Assembly: GCA_001179505.1 (NCBI GenBank)
Contig: CDMY01000869.1
Coordinates: forward strand, 1 to 64,000
Length of the DNA: 64,000 nucleotides
From: Vitrella brassicaformis CCMP3155
Lineage: Eukaryota; Protista; Chromerida
Reading direction: 5' to 3'
Shown here piece after piece: positions 12,860-26,272 of the stretch; the stretch's first letter is position 1, and every line of letters begins with the position of its first letter. Below the pieces are notes generated by a model. It did not search any database and was not told where the DNA came from. It worked only from the letters and a program-made list of their open reading frames with translations. A program made the translations under genes and the position numbers.

Positions 12860-14200
12860 ATGACGCCCAAAGCCCTTGTGCTCGTGCTGTGTGCGTTCGC
12901 CACCTTCACGGCCACGAAAACCCACCAATACGGTAAGTGGGCAGCACCCAGGTCTATACGGGCGCGGGAGGGACGTAGAAAGAGAGCTCAGGAGCAAGAA
13001 AAGGCGCCATATCCAGCCAGGGGGGGGGGGGGGGGGGNNNNNNNNNNNNNNNNNNNNNNNNNNNNNNNNNNNNNNNNNNNNNNNNNNNNNNNNNNNNNNN
13101 NNNNNNNNNNNNNNNNNNNNNNNNNNNNNNNNNNNNNNNNNNNNNNNNNNNNNNNNNNNNNNNNNNNNNNNNNNNNNNNNNNNNNNNNNNNNNNNNNNNN
13201 NNNNNNNNNNNNNNNNNNNNNNNNNNNNNNNNNNNNNNNNNNNNNNNNNNNNNNNNNNNNNNNNNNNNNNNNNNNNNNNNNNNNNNNNNNNNNNNNNNNN
13301 NNNNNNNNNNNNNNNNNNNNNNNNNNNNNNNNNNNNNGGGCTGTCCAGATCTATGGCTCCTGGTATGTGATTTCTGTTGTTTGTGCAGATAATGGCGGTC
13401 AGGCTTCCTTCGAGGAGTCTTCTAAGGCCATCGAGGGCGCCAGCAAGGTCAGCACAGTGATGGGGAAAAACGGCAGGCACCAGGTGGAGTGGTCATTTGC
13501 GTTCGTGTGTGTTGTGGCGTGCGTGTGTGTGTTGGTGTGCAGGTGTTGTGTCGGCTCACGAGTCGTCATTGCTGCAGCAGCGCATCCAGCTGGGCAAGGC
13601 GTTGCTGCAGTCGGCCATCAACTTGCAGGAGTCGGCCAACACGCTGACCGTCGAGGCGCTCAAGGCCTTCGACACCGCTGAGAACACCATGGGCATCATC
13701 CGGGGCCGAAAGGGTGAGAGCTCACACACCGCGACGTGATGAGAACAACACACACACATCTGCCTGAATGGATGCATGTACTACTCCAGTGTACGGCGGT
13801 GCTGACGAGGAGGGCTGGGCCGAGTGGAAGGAACCGAATCGCTACCGCGGCGTCTCGGACTCCAGTTGGAACAGCGTCTCGAAGTACCAGGTCCGCAGCA
13901 GAGGCGAGCTCGACAAGACGATGGGAAACTACATCAACAACATGCCCCGGAGCCAATATGACAAGTACTACAAGCATTTCATCGACGAAAAAACGGGCCA
14001 GCCCAAGCCCGGCCAGTTCTCTACGCTCAAGAACAAGGTACACTCATTCACCCACACACATACACGTGCACGCATCAGGCAGGCGCCATGTGTGTGTGTG
14101 TGTGGTTACTGTATGTCGGTAACAGATCAACTACAACATCAAACACGTACAGACCCACGCATCCACTCACAAGCGCACAGATGTAACGGTTTCATTCAGC

Positions 14201-14238
<38 letters not shown>

Positions 14239-14254
14239 CTTTCAGGGCATCTAA
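12860..14254 (+). CDS. Hypothetical secreted protein (orphan)
   Basis: Signal-like MTPKALVLVLCAFATFTA. Exons at about 13390-13449, 13543-13711 (helical LLQQRIQLGKALLQSAINLQE) and 13792-14037 (W/Y-rich); last exon GI*. A gap lies inside the first intron. Confidence 0.65.
13038..13337. other. Assembly gap (300 N)
   Basis: N run preceded by a poly-G tract. Confidence 1.
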
Positions 14255-14285
14255 GACGGCGGAACCACTACCCCCCCCCCCCCCC

Positions 14286-14585
14286 NNNNNNNNNNNNNNN
14301 NNNNNNNNNNNNNNNNNNNNNNNNNNNNNNNNNNNNNNNNNNNNNNNNNNNNNNNNNNNNNNNNNNNNNNNNNNNNNNNNNNNNNNNNNNNNNNNNNNNN
14401 NNNNNNNNNNNNNNNNNNNNNNNNNNNNNNNNNNNNNNNNNNNNNNNNNNNNNNNNNNNNNNNNNNNNNNNNNNNNNNNNNNNNNNNNNNNNNNNNNNNN
14501 NNNNNNNNNNNNNNNNNNNNNNNNNNNNNNNNNNNNNNNNNNNNNNNNNNNNNNNNNNNNNNNNNNNNNNNNNNNNNNNNNNNNN
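14286..14585. other. Assembly gap (300 N)
   Basis: N run flanked by poly-C on both sides. Confidence 1.
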
Positions 14586-15468
14586 CCCCCCCCCCCCCCC
14601 GCCTGAATTCTAGTCTAGACAAGGGGGAATTCATACGCGGGCGGGGCACACACATACACATACATACGACGACATCACATGAACACTACACATGGCCCAC
14701 GGATGGCATGGCTGTCCTGCGTCCTCTCTTCTGCCTGGATGCGTGCGAGCGTGTGTTTTGACGGCGTGTGCTGCTTTGTAAATAGGCTGGTTGGCTGGAT
14801 GATGTCATGTGTGTGTGCGTGTCTGTGTTTTTGACGACTGGCTGGATGTCTGCCTGTCAGTCACTTCATGTCGGACTGAATGAGAAGTGAGGGATCCAGA
14901 GGAGAGAAAGGCCGGCCGGCTGCCTCGCAAACACACGACACACACAGAGACACACCACACGGTCGTTCGTGCACATTGGTCCACCCACACGACCACTTAC
15001 CGCAGATGGATCCCCCAGTGACCCTCCTTCTCTTGGTCTGGCTTGTCTGGCTGGTGTCGCATCCGAACATGCATGTGTGTGTGTTTGTGAGTGTCTGACT
15101 GGCTGACACCCATTGTTTAAGACGGAGACAGACCAGATACGTCGCGAACATGAGTTCGTTTACGAACAGTGCCACGTTGCCATGAGGTCTCAAGCACACG
15201 CACACACACACACGCACACACACAGAGGGGACAACATCCCCTTTGACCGGCCTATGTAGTGCGTGTCTCGGTGCGTGGTTCTCGATGCAGATAGCTGTTT
15301 CCTTGATACAGAGCTTCCCTAGCGCCACGAAGTCTCACGGCGCTTCTACTTGTTCCTCAGTTAGATAGTGCGAGAGAAAAGCCGCAACCCAAAAGGGTTT
15401 CCGCGGCACGAAAGCTTCTCCCCCATGACCGTGCCCCTGCCCAGATCTAATACTCATTGTCGATACAC

Positions 15469-16850
15469 TCACTCATCTGTCTGCAATGCACCGTCAAAGA
15501 AATCAAGATAGGCCTCCAGCCAATGCGGCGTTCTTTCGTTCATGAGATTCAAAAGGGCCAGCTCTCGCCATTCATCCACCTGACGGCGGAGCTCCGGAGA
15601 CTCAGCTGTGCCACCCATCTTTCTTGCCCTCTCGTCCAAAGAAACAGGCGGTGCAGCTTCTTTGAATGGACCACTCCCATCTTTACTGGCACCTGGCGGC
15701 CGGAACGGTCCATCCAGGACAGGGAAGGGCTCGGGCGGTGGTGGCTCCATTTGCTGGACCCCATCTGTCAAGGCAGCGGCGGCTTCCATCGGCTGACCGT
15801 ACGCTGAGGCTGCGGTTGTGGCTGGGGGCTCCTCCATGCCCGTCGGCCAAGCCGCTATGTCCCTTGCTCTAGCCTCCTCCGCGGCCTGCGGAGAACAGCC
15901 AGCATGAGGAGACACATAAGTGGGCGGTTGATCTGTGATGTCTCTTATGGTTCTTCCAGTCGGTCGGAAGCATACCTTTGTGCTCGTGTCGTCCGTACCA
16001 CCACCATTTCGAGTGCCTTCCGGGCCTTGTGTGTCGTCCGTGACTGCTCTTTCTGACGCGTTCTCAGCTGCCTGGCTGCTGGTAGGGCCCCTCTCGGCCA
16101 CCCGGCCCGTCGTTGTGATGCCCTGCTCGTCCATGTGAGGGGCCCCTAATACCGGCTCCTCAGTAACCTGAGACCACACACACCAACGACAATCTCAGCC
16201 TGAAATCGAATCTGTCACGCCGCACCCGTTTGGCATCGAAGTGAGTCGTCCCTGCCCTTTCGTCTCGGGTGGCTGGCACTGCCTTTGCAGCCGCTGCACT
16301 GCGCAGCGCATCCCTGATCAGGGCATCCCTCTTGAGACGCGCATAGGAATGAGCAATCACCTGACAGCACAGAGCCAGACGCGACTTTGCTTCCTATTCG
16401 CTCATGTTCAGCTGGGAGCTCAATTACAAACTTTGTACTTCAACTCCCACACGACACTTTGGTGCTTTAACGCCTGAATTATCACGGCTGCGCACACAAG
16501 GCACGAAAAAATGGAGACATCAACATGTTGAGGATGTGCCGACGTGAGGGAAACGTGATATGTGTACCGTTTTGAATGTCGTTGATGTTTGTTTGCATTC
16601 GGCGTGTCTTGACATGCTCTTGGCATTCCTGACACACACAAGAGTCGATGCCGTAAGGGCGCTTTCTGTGGTAGTCTGTCTAGCTACTGGGGCACCGCGA
16701 GGACTTCCTGGACACGCGCCATTGAGTGGCTTGAAAGGAGCAGGAGAGATTGCCCCATCGACTGCTCATCATAGAATCCCGGGTGGTGTACGCCATGGAC
16801 CCCCGCCTGTTTGGCTGTCTGCTGCGCTTCCAGTAAAGGATTCATCGCTC
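15469..16850 (-). CDS. Hypothetical multi-exon protein; ends uncertain, may extend to about 14850
   Basis: A 236-codon ORF at 15469-16179 (ELRRQVDEWRELALLNLMNERTPHWLEAYLDFF). Plausible upstream GT-AG exons (ECQEHVKTRRMQTNINDIQN; VIAHSYARLKRDALIRDAL). No family recognised. Confidence 0.45.
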
Positions 16851-16930
16851 TCGAGAAAGAAAGCCGTGGCTGAACGGCGAGCTCAAAAGCGCGCACAACG
16901 CTGAAGGCAAAAAGGAGATTCAAAAAGGAA

Positions 16931-18746
16931 ATGACCGCGCTTCCGGACGAGGCAGTGAATCGAGGGTGCATTCTTGTTCAGGTGAATGAATGCAGGCACA
17001 TGAATGAGATCTGGGACAGAGATCTGGGTGACGGTGGCTGCGAATGGTGTATGCAGGTGAGGCTGCATGAGACCGACCTGTCGAGCCTACGCGTCCCTAC
17101 ACCATATTTCGTGAGTCATGGGACGGGACGATGGAGGGAACAGGACCACTTGCGTCCTGACGTGATGTGATTGTGTCTATCAAATCTGTATGGCCGTTCG
17201 TTCAGAAGCTGGTGTCGCGCCTGTCGTACTTGCCGGTGCTGTATGGTGACATCTACGATCACTACAAGAGCTACATCCTCCCCGACTCCCTCTCACACAA
17301 CGGCCGAAACCTCTGGCTCGAACACGACAACATACCCTTACAGTGGTACGAGCTCCGGATACCAACAACATCCGGGAAGGGAAAGACAGAGGGGTGCAAA
17401 TGGGGCTCCTTGATAGTCACACACGGCTTATGTGTGCTGCGTGTGTGTGTGTGTGTGTGTGTGTGCGTGTGTCTTGTGTAGGCATCTGCCGGTGGGTGTG
17501 TTGTTCGATGCCTTGTTCGGTGGCCATCCGCGTGTGCCGTGGCAGCTGACAGTGCACTTCAGCAGCGGTACACCCGAGCAGCACATCGAACACCTACCCG
17601 AACATATCAGACGACACGTGCCCAAACCCATCCCTATGACCGGGGTGAGCCCACCAAATCAGTCAGTCAGTCAGTACACCGACCAGCAGACACACGTTTC
17701 TCCTGTCGCTCCAATTGCAGAGCAGTGCGGTCAACAGCTTCAAGATACGCTTCCTAAATACACTCAAACAGGTCGGTCGGTCAGTCAATGAATGGCTGGC
17801 CAGCGGGGCCACCCAGGGGAAAAGTGTCAATCAACTTTGGGTATCTGTGTAGAGTTTGTTCCTGCTTCACGGCACGTCGGTTCGGTTTGCCAGTCTGTCC
17901 AAGAGCGACCAAACAGACCTCATGGACGCCGTTGTCGAAGGTGACTTAAACATGCTCATGGGGCCGCGCTGTGTGAGAAATGTGACTGTGTGGATGTGGT
18001 GTGGGTGTGACCGTCAGGTCGTGTGGATGACTTTTGGTCAATAGCGAGGCGGGTGGACCTCACATGCTCAGCCATCGCTGACATCAAGTCAGACATACAC
18101 ACAGACACGCACTCAAGCAGAGACGGGGGAATCAGCCTTGCTGTGCAGTCAGGAAGGGCAGCGATTGTCTGTGTGTGTGAGTGTGTGCGTGTGTGTGTGT
18201 GCGTTAGGAGTGTGTCAATTCGGTTGCATGTGTACGGCCCTCCCCATCTGCAGCTGCTGCGTGCATTCGAACCAGGTAGGTCTTGACAGACTGACTGACT
18301 GACTTACTGACAGGTGGTCGGTGTATCCATCTGCATGCACTCTGTTTGTGTGTGTGGTTTGCGACTGGCTGCCTGTGTGCAGCATCTAGCTCCCTGACCA
18401 GTGTGCGGTGTTTGCTGCGAAGCGTGCTGCCTCAAGAGGTGGCCGACATGTGCGAAGACTCACATGACGACACACTACCCCGCGCACAGGTACATACACA
18501 TTCTACACACGTGCACAGCTGTATACGGCGGCTGTGCCTGCCGGCCTGCGTGCGCCGTGCTCCCTCCATTGATTCGTGTGTGTGTGGGGTATGTTGTGTC
18601 GTGTGGTTGATGTCTGTATGAATTAGGTGTTGGTTCATGGCGTGTGTGCGTCGCTGGATTGCTCTGTGAGGTGGCTGGCGCTGTATGGGCTCTACTGCGA
18701 CCAGTGCCTACACATCGTGGTGCGGCTGCCTGGCGCACTCACATGA
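16931..18746 (+). CDS. ATG5: Autophagy protein 5
   Basis: VSRLSYLPVL, LWLEHDNIPLQW|HLPVGVLFD, PWQLTVHF, LSKSDQTDLMDAV, DDFWSI, and a C-terminal VLVHGV...VRWLALYGLYCDQCLHIVV. These follow the ATG5 motif order. Confidence 0.9.
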
Positions 18747-19237
18747 ATATATAACACCACACCCCCGTGCACCGGGTGGCTGGTTGTACTGACTGTACAG
18801 TCGGTGCGTTGCATTTACCAGGCAGGAATGACCGACCACTGGTGTGTACGCTGGTTGGTTGGTTGTCGTGAGGAAATCTATGTATGTCTGAATTCACTCA
18901 TACATAGAGTCCAATGCATTCAAGGACACTCGATCGAATTGCCCGAGTCTTCTGCTCATCTCTGTCATCTATCTCGTCTTGTACATAGCATACACGACAC
19001 ACATGATCCATTCAATCACAGCCTCCACCCACCACTCGGCCCTCAATTGCTTAAATCGGTACTCAAGTGCATGCATTTTGTTGGCATCACTCCTGAAGGT
19101 CCCCACATCCCTCCCTAGCTCCCTAGCTCCTTCCCTCCCTCCCTACCCAGCCAGCCAGCCAGGCATGGATGCACCGCACCCTCCCTCCCACTAGTTCGTG
19201 ATGTATGTATAGTTGTGAGAGTGGGTCAGGTCACCAT

Positions 19238-21228
19238 TCAGAGTAGCAGGCTGATCTCTTCTGGCTTGTGTGCGCATATCCCGAGGCTCTCCACCCCGCG
19301 GTACAACTCCTCATACGCATCAGCTATACGCCGGGACACACCCTGCCTGCACACACACACACATCCACATCCATTTAGATGGATGAGACGACCCCGCTGA
19401 CTGATTCACTGATTCAACTAGTTGCTTTCCTGCTCGTCCACGCATGTCTGTCTGTCTGACCTCCCTCCCTCACTCACCTGGCCTCCGACCGCAGGCCGCG
19501 TGACGATATTTTCTCGACCTGACAAGGCACACGGCCAAGCATGCAAAGCTTTCGTGCAAGAAGCCAGCCAGCCAGGCAGTGTTTCTTTCCTCCCTCGTGC
19601 ACATCACGTCAGGTGTGTGTACCAGCGGCAGAACGAAGCTGCCCATTGTGAAGAGGGATGTGTAGAAGCTCCGAAGGCACGACGACAGAGATATCGGGTG
19701 CAAAGACGGAACCGACTCTGAAACAAAAAAGCAAAGAGGGAGGGAGGGCACATGCAGGCAGGCAGGCAGGCCAGGCGAAAGGGCCAGCCAGTCGATTCGG
19801 AGCATTCGACATGGGTAGGTAAGCATATGCTATGCTTAGGTACCTAGAGGTGCGTCGGGGGCTTTGTTTCTGAGGTCAGTGAGCCTCTCAGCGAATCCGA
19901 TCTTGTCCAATACCTCCTCCGTCTGCACCCTTATTAATACATTCATCTACACACACGCACACACGCCGACAAGGAAGGATAAGCATTGCATCCAGGACTG
20001 ATTGACAGCACCAGACACTAAGTGGCTGCAGTGCAGTGAGTCCTCTTGAACCACCTGTTCCTCAATGAGAGTGGCGAATAGCTCCACCCACCGAACGGTG
20101 AAGTCATGCTTGGTCAACGGCAGCTGCCACCACACACAGAGACACCCGCACAAAGCGCTGCGTCCTTCCTTCCCATCCAGCCATCCTCCCTGCCCGCCTG
20201 CCTGCCTGCCTTCCTTCCTGCGTAGGTGTGTAGGTGTGTGTGTACCTGCATGTATGAGTATGAGTTGATGAGGAATACGGCTGCCCCGCCGTCGGGCATG
20301 TGTGATGCGAGTGTGCGGCAGAAGTTGAGGATGGGGTTGAGGGACGCATCCAGGATGGGCGCAAACTCCACCTCACGCGCACACTTCTCTACCAGTGACG
20401 CCTCGTACACACACATGATCTCACACAACGTACCCACCTGCAGACAGACAGACAGACAGACAGACATCCATACACACACGGCACGGCAGGTAGAGCAGCA
20501 GTGAGGGCACCAACCATCGATTGGATCACACGAGTATACGCAGGTCACTATGGTGGGTTAGGGTTGGGGAGGTACGCACCCACCTTCCTTCCTACCGTGT
20601 CAACGACGAAGGCTGGTGCGCTGAATCCCGACGATGACGACGTGTACGTGGCACTCGACGGCAACTCGTGTAGACGAAGCGCCTGAGGGACGACAGACAG
20701 GCATACGCCACGCCCCACACGTCTTTCACTTGTTGCAAGATGGACGCATAAATCTTCGCCCGTGGCCACCTGTGCCTCCCACTGGGCCATGAAGCACTCA
20801 AAGGCATTGGCCTGCAGCTCCTGACACACCCTGCACAGCACAACACATCGCATCACGATCGTGCGTGCGACCGATGCAGGTACATTCGATTATTGATTCA
20901 TTGGCCACCCCATGTAGCTCTCTCTCTCTCTCTCTGCGGTGTGTGTACCTGACGAAGACGGGGACGTGTGTGGGACCAGTGGTGCCGCCTTCATGTTTGA
21001 CCTTGCCGTTGACTGCCCCCCCAGCAGGCTGATGGTCAATGGCAGCCGTGGCCCCATCGTCCTTGTGGTCGGTGGTGTCTGATGGTGGGTGTATCATCAT
21101 GAGGGGCTCGAGTGTCTTGGCGAAGAAGTCCAGCAGCTGCGACACCTTGTACAGGGCCACAGCGGACGGCCGCGACGAGAGCACCTGCTCCACACGAATG
21201 GAAAACGGATTCACCAACCCTTCACACA

Positions 21229-21263
<35 letters not shown>

Positions 21264-23074
21264 GAGAGACAGACACACACACACTGAAAGGGGCGGCTGG
21301 TGGGCGTTGGCAGTGGGGTGTGTGCTTCCCTCCCTCCCTCCCTCCCTGGGTGAGGCACCCTACCTACCCTCGAAGACGGTGTCGAGTATGGCATTGATAT
21401 CGATGGAGGGCAGCGGGTGGGACAACCCTGACCGCTCATCTACTCCACCAATGAATGCAATCAATGCACACACACACACACACACAGACAGACAGACACC
21501 AACACGCAGACTTGGACCCCTCACATGACACCATTCCCTTCGCTCGCCACTCCCTCCCTCCCCTCCCCCACTCCCTCCCTCCCTCCCTACCAGCGGTCTT
21601 ATCTTCTGTGTGTGGTTGGTCGGTGGTGTCGTCAGTGGTGTCGCTCATTTGGAAGAAAGACGACACCTCCTGGATCTCAGACGCTGCACTCTGGTGGATC
21701 CACGCCAACATGTCACCCACATACCTGACACCACATGACAGACATGCATGCATGGCACACACGCGTACGCACAACCAACTCAACACATCCCTCTTGTGAC
21801 TGCCGGCCTAGGTGGGAGGGAGCCCCATCCGTTCGTTCACCGACTGGCTACCTGCCTGCCTGGCTAGCTGACTGACCTGACAGGGTCGTATGCGTGCATC
21901 TCGATGGGTCTGCCGGGCCCGCCCTTGCTGAGTGCCGTGTGGAACCGCTGGATGAGCACATGCCGACGCACCTTGGCTATGTCACGCGCACAGTGGTTGA
22001 AGTACACCGGACGCTCACGTAAGATCCTCAGCGCCTTGCGCAGGACCACGCTCTCATGGGCCTGGTCCACCGGATGCGCCTGGTTGGCTGTGGCCCGGCG
22101 GCCCTCGGGCGACTCGTCCCGGTGGTTGTCAATGTCGGGCATGCTGCGGAGGGGGCTGGCATCATGGCCTGCAGTATCGTCCTGCAGGCCGCTCATGGCG
22201 CCCATGAGGCGGTACTTCTGCTGCACCCACACAAAGAGCCGCTCGTAGGCCACCTCCAAGATCTCGGATGTCTCGTGCAGCACATCCACGCCTGCCGTGT
22301 GCTGCCGACTGGACGCCAGGAGCACACGGGCGTTGTCGCGGATGGCCTCGAGGCTGTGGAGTGCGGCAAAGAAGTGCGAGTCGATGGGCAGGTCTGTGTT
22401 GGTGATGGTCTCCATCTGTTGGTCGGACAGCTTGAACTTGATCAGGAATGTGTCCAGGAGCTTCTGCTTGTGCTGCAGGGTGGCCCGCTGCTCCCGCAGC
22501 CTGTTGGCCTGCTCCAGAGTGGCCTCGGTCTTGAGTCGTGAGTGCCGCAGCTCATCCGCTGACTTGTCACACGCCGCCTGCAGCGTGTTGACCACCGCCT
22601 CGATGCCCCGCACGGCACACTCAACCTTGGCAAACTCCTCCAGGAACGAACGATGCAGACGCACACTCTTGGCCTCTGATTGATTCATCATACACATCAC
22701 ATACATACATACATGTATGTGTAATGGAATACAAACACCATGGACAGGCGGGTGGACAGACGGATAGATCCATCGTCAGTGAGTCAACACAACACAGACA
22801 CACACGACTGTCTGCCTACCGATGTCGTGTCGAAGTCCCTTCCCTGCGCCAGTCAGACACCACACAAGCAGACGATACGACAGTGTGTGGCTGCTGGGCC
22901 AGCGGCTTCTTATCTGTTCCTTGCTTGTCGTTAGTTACTTGATCTTGAAGTGTTCTCTGCGAGTCCTCCGAAGCTTGCCAGTGCATCGATCGCCGCATTG
23001 TGGTCGCTCAATGTGGACGCCAACTTGGCCAGCTTGTTGCTGCTGCTGCTGCTGCTGCTACTGCCGCCGCTCAT
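19238..23074 (-). CDS. COG6: Conserved oligomeric Golgi complex subunit 6
   Basis: NKLAKLAST..ALASFGGLAENT|RKGLRHDIE|AKSVRLHRSFLEEF; LEVAYERLFVWVQ; ERPVYF..RFHTALSKGGPGRPIEMHAYDPVR|YVGDMLAWIHQ; EGLVNPFSIRVEQVL; ends IADAYEELY..HKPEEISLLL*. Confidence 0.92.
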
Positions 23075-23122
23075 CTTGCCAAAAAAAGGAAGGTTCCCTT
23101 TTGCAGCTTCTGCAGCGGTTTC

Positions 23123-23132
23123 TAAGCTCGCA
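23123..23132 (+). promoter_or_regulatory. TAAGCTCGCA motif in the 78-bp COG6/PAK1IP1 spacer
   Basis: ctaagctcgcagat. Confidence 0.65.
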
Positions 23133-23152
23133 GATGGATCGTTGCCAGCAAA

Positions 23153-25886
23153 ATGAGCGTGAAGGGTGGGAGTGAGGCAGTGGTATGCATCGGTACGGCG
23201 GACGGGTCCCTGTTTGGCTACCGCATTAAGGATGGCGATGAGTGCCACAAGCTGTTCGCCATGACCATTGCCACGGTAGGAGGCAAGATGGGTGGGGCAG
23301 TGTTGGGGCGGTGGGTCGTGTATGTTGCTGGCCACAAGCAAACACCTCAATATCTTTGTTTATGTTGTTTCTGTTGATTTGAAAACAGGGGTCGATATCG
23401 TGCATGGCGTGTCACGATGATCTTCTCGTGACGGGAAGCACAGACGAAACCATCAAGTAGGGAGGGCAGCGATCAATCAAGGAATGAAGGAATGTTGTGT
23501 CATGATGACCTCTCTACTTGTCTTCCCATGACCCTCCTGCTTCCGTCTGTCTGTCTGTCTGAGTACCTCAGGGTGTTCAATGTGGGCAAGTTGCGTGAGG
23601 AGGGTGTGTTGTCGTCGCCCAGCGAGGGCCCCGTCACCTGCCTGGCCCTCGTCGGCAAGACCTTCCTCCTCTCGGCTGGCACCCACACCCACACCCACAC
23701 AACACAGACACCTGCCACCCACTCACAAGGCGGCAGCAAGGGGCGCGACAAGAACCAGTCAGCCGGGGTGATCCAACCCACAATGAAGAAGAAGAAGGCC
23801 TCCTCCAGCACTGCAGTGGCATCATCACTATCCACCTCCCGCAGCAGACGCGGCCGCCTTGAGCAGCTGGTGCAGCGCATGGAGAAGCAACACGGGGCCA
23901 CCGCCGCCCCACCAGCCGTGAAGAGAAGGCACAGGCCATCCTCCAAGGCAAGATCAGTGGGCAGTGGTGTGGGGTTCCCCGTCGAGGTGTGGCGTGTGCG
24001 TGACTGGGAGCTGGTCAAGTCCCTCGAGGGCCACACACGCCGCGTATCAGTGGTGCGAGTCCACCCATCCGGCAAGGCTGCCGTGTCCATCGATCAAGTA
24101 AGTACGTACGTAAGGCATGGCATACCATACCATACACACTGTCTGTCATTGCATTGATCGGCGGATTGATGGGTGGGTGATGGGATGGTCTGTCTGTCTG
24201 CCTGCCTGCGTGTGCGCACGGTCCTCAGGGTGGCTGTCTTTGCCTGTGGGACTTGATGAAGGGTGCCGCTGCGAACCGAATACAACTCACCAAACGTACG
24301 TACGTACGCATGTACGTACGGCAAGTACTCACTGGATACATACATACATACAGCACAGCAAGCACTCATTGGTAGCTAGCTAGCTAGCTGGATCTAAACA
24401 ATGACTGACGTGTGTGGTGGTGGTGGTATACACACATCGATGCCTTGCCTGCCTTGCATTCGGTATGTATGTATATGTGTTTGGCTGGCAGGTGCATTGG
24501 ACATGCGGTGGTCGCCAAGTGGCTCCTGCTATGCACTCCTGCATGACACACAGGTGGGTCAAACAAACATCGATGGATGGATGGATGGAGCACATGACTG
24601 GCATGCATGTTAAGGTGCAAGGGGCCGACCCGACCCCGCTTGTGTGGATAGATAGATAGATAGATAGATCCATCCAACAACCCAACCACTCATTCATTCA
24701 TTCATTCATTGATGGTCCCTGCAGGTTGTAGTCCATGATACGGACACTACGGCCGGGGTCACATTGGAGCTGGACGACGGTAAGGAAGGACACACGAATG
24801 AGTGCAGCCATACGACATGAATTATTTCACCACACGGCGGCACTTTATCTATCTTCGTATGGATGGATGGATGGATGGATAAAGGCCCAAAACAGACAGA
24901 CAGACAGACCGACAGACAGAGGAATGGATTGGGTATTGTGTGTGTTGTGTGTCTGTCAGTGTTGCGCACCCCTGGGCACCCCGACGAGCCATGCTGCATG
25001 TGTTTCGCTCATGAAGACCTGCCATTGATCGGAAGTGAGTGAGTCAGTCAGTGAGTGAGTGAGTGACCAGACCAGACCATACCATACCACACCACACACC
25101 CGCAGGCACTGCTGAACAGTCTGACAGACACTCTCGTCGGCGTGTGGGTGTGTGTGGCGTGCAGTGAGGAGCGGAAACATACATGGGCTCTCATTGAAAG
25201 ACATTCATCACTGCAACAGGTGGGTGGGTGGGTGGGTGATATACATACATACAGTACAACCTGTTGTGCATTACGTATGGCATACGCATGACGGCGTGTG
25301 AACGCGTCCCACCCACCCACCCACCCATCCATCCATCTATATATTCAGGGGTGCGGTGTCCCGTCAATCAAGAGCGGTAACTCTGGCTGGCCACACAGGG
25401 CGGATCAAAGGAATCGCCGCATGGAGACAATCGGTGAGGGAGGGGAGGGGAATATATACAGACAGACACGTTGTTTTGTGTGCGTGTGTGTGCGAGATAG
25501 GGGTCTGTGATTGAGGTGGTAAGTGCATGTTCCCAAGGGCTCCTGTGCTTTTGGCGGATCGATGGCAAACAACTGCATTCAGGTGGGTGACAAACCAGAT
25601 CCGATCGCGCCGACCCCACGGCAGTCAGTTGCTGTCTGTTTCATGTTGCTGCAGCCTCTTCTCCTCTGGGATGTATCAGCCCACTGCGGTGAGTACTGTT
25701 TGTTGATTTGATGGATGGGATGCAAGGCAGGCATCACATCACACACCGTTGTGCTTCTTAGCCGTCCTTGCCTCCCTCCCTCCCTGCGGGCCTGCCTGTC
25801 TGTCTGTCTGGGTGTGTGTGTGTCTGCGCAGGTGCGTGGAGACGGGGTGCACAGTATCGTGTATAGAGTGCACAACGTGTGTATAG
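23153..25886 (+). CDS. PAK1IP1: WD40 protein, PAK1IP1/Mak11-like 60S biogenesis factor
   Basis: LLVTGSTDETIK|VFNV, VWRVRDWELVKSLEGH..VRVHPSGKAAVSID, LCLWDLMKG, MRWSPSG..YAL, GHTGRIKGI and CVETGCTVSCI. Confidence 0.8.
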
Positions 25887-26272
25887 AGAGAGAGAGTCAA
25901 TATACATACATCAATGAATACATACATGTATGTACTCTGGCTGTGTGGATCGATCGGGCCATGCTTGTATAATGTGAGCCAGGGAGGAATTCTGTGGCTG
26001 ACTGGATTGGAGGCTTGCAGTTGACCGACCGGTTGATTCACACGCCTACGCAAGTCCACCCACCTAGGGACAGACATTATCCATCGGTCGATGTACTCAC
26101 TAACCACAGATGCATGGTCTGTGCTACATCCATCCACATGTACACAGTCCATGGCATGCACCAGGACAGCACGCAAAAACCCCATACATATATATATCTG
26201 GCCTTTCTGGGTGTGGCCGACAGCCTCGCTGACAGCCTCCTAACTTCACACTCTCCTCACCCAGCGAGTCAG

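Noticed and set aside
11114-14600. Poly-G/poly-C tracts beside three gaps (possible G-quadruplex elements) and long X-containing ORFs
   Set aside because: Homopolymers are typical short-read dropout points. The ORFs are artefacts of reading through Ns and the true sequence is unknown.
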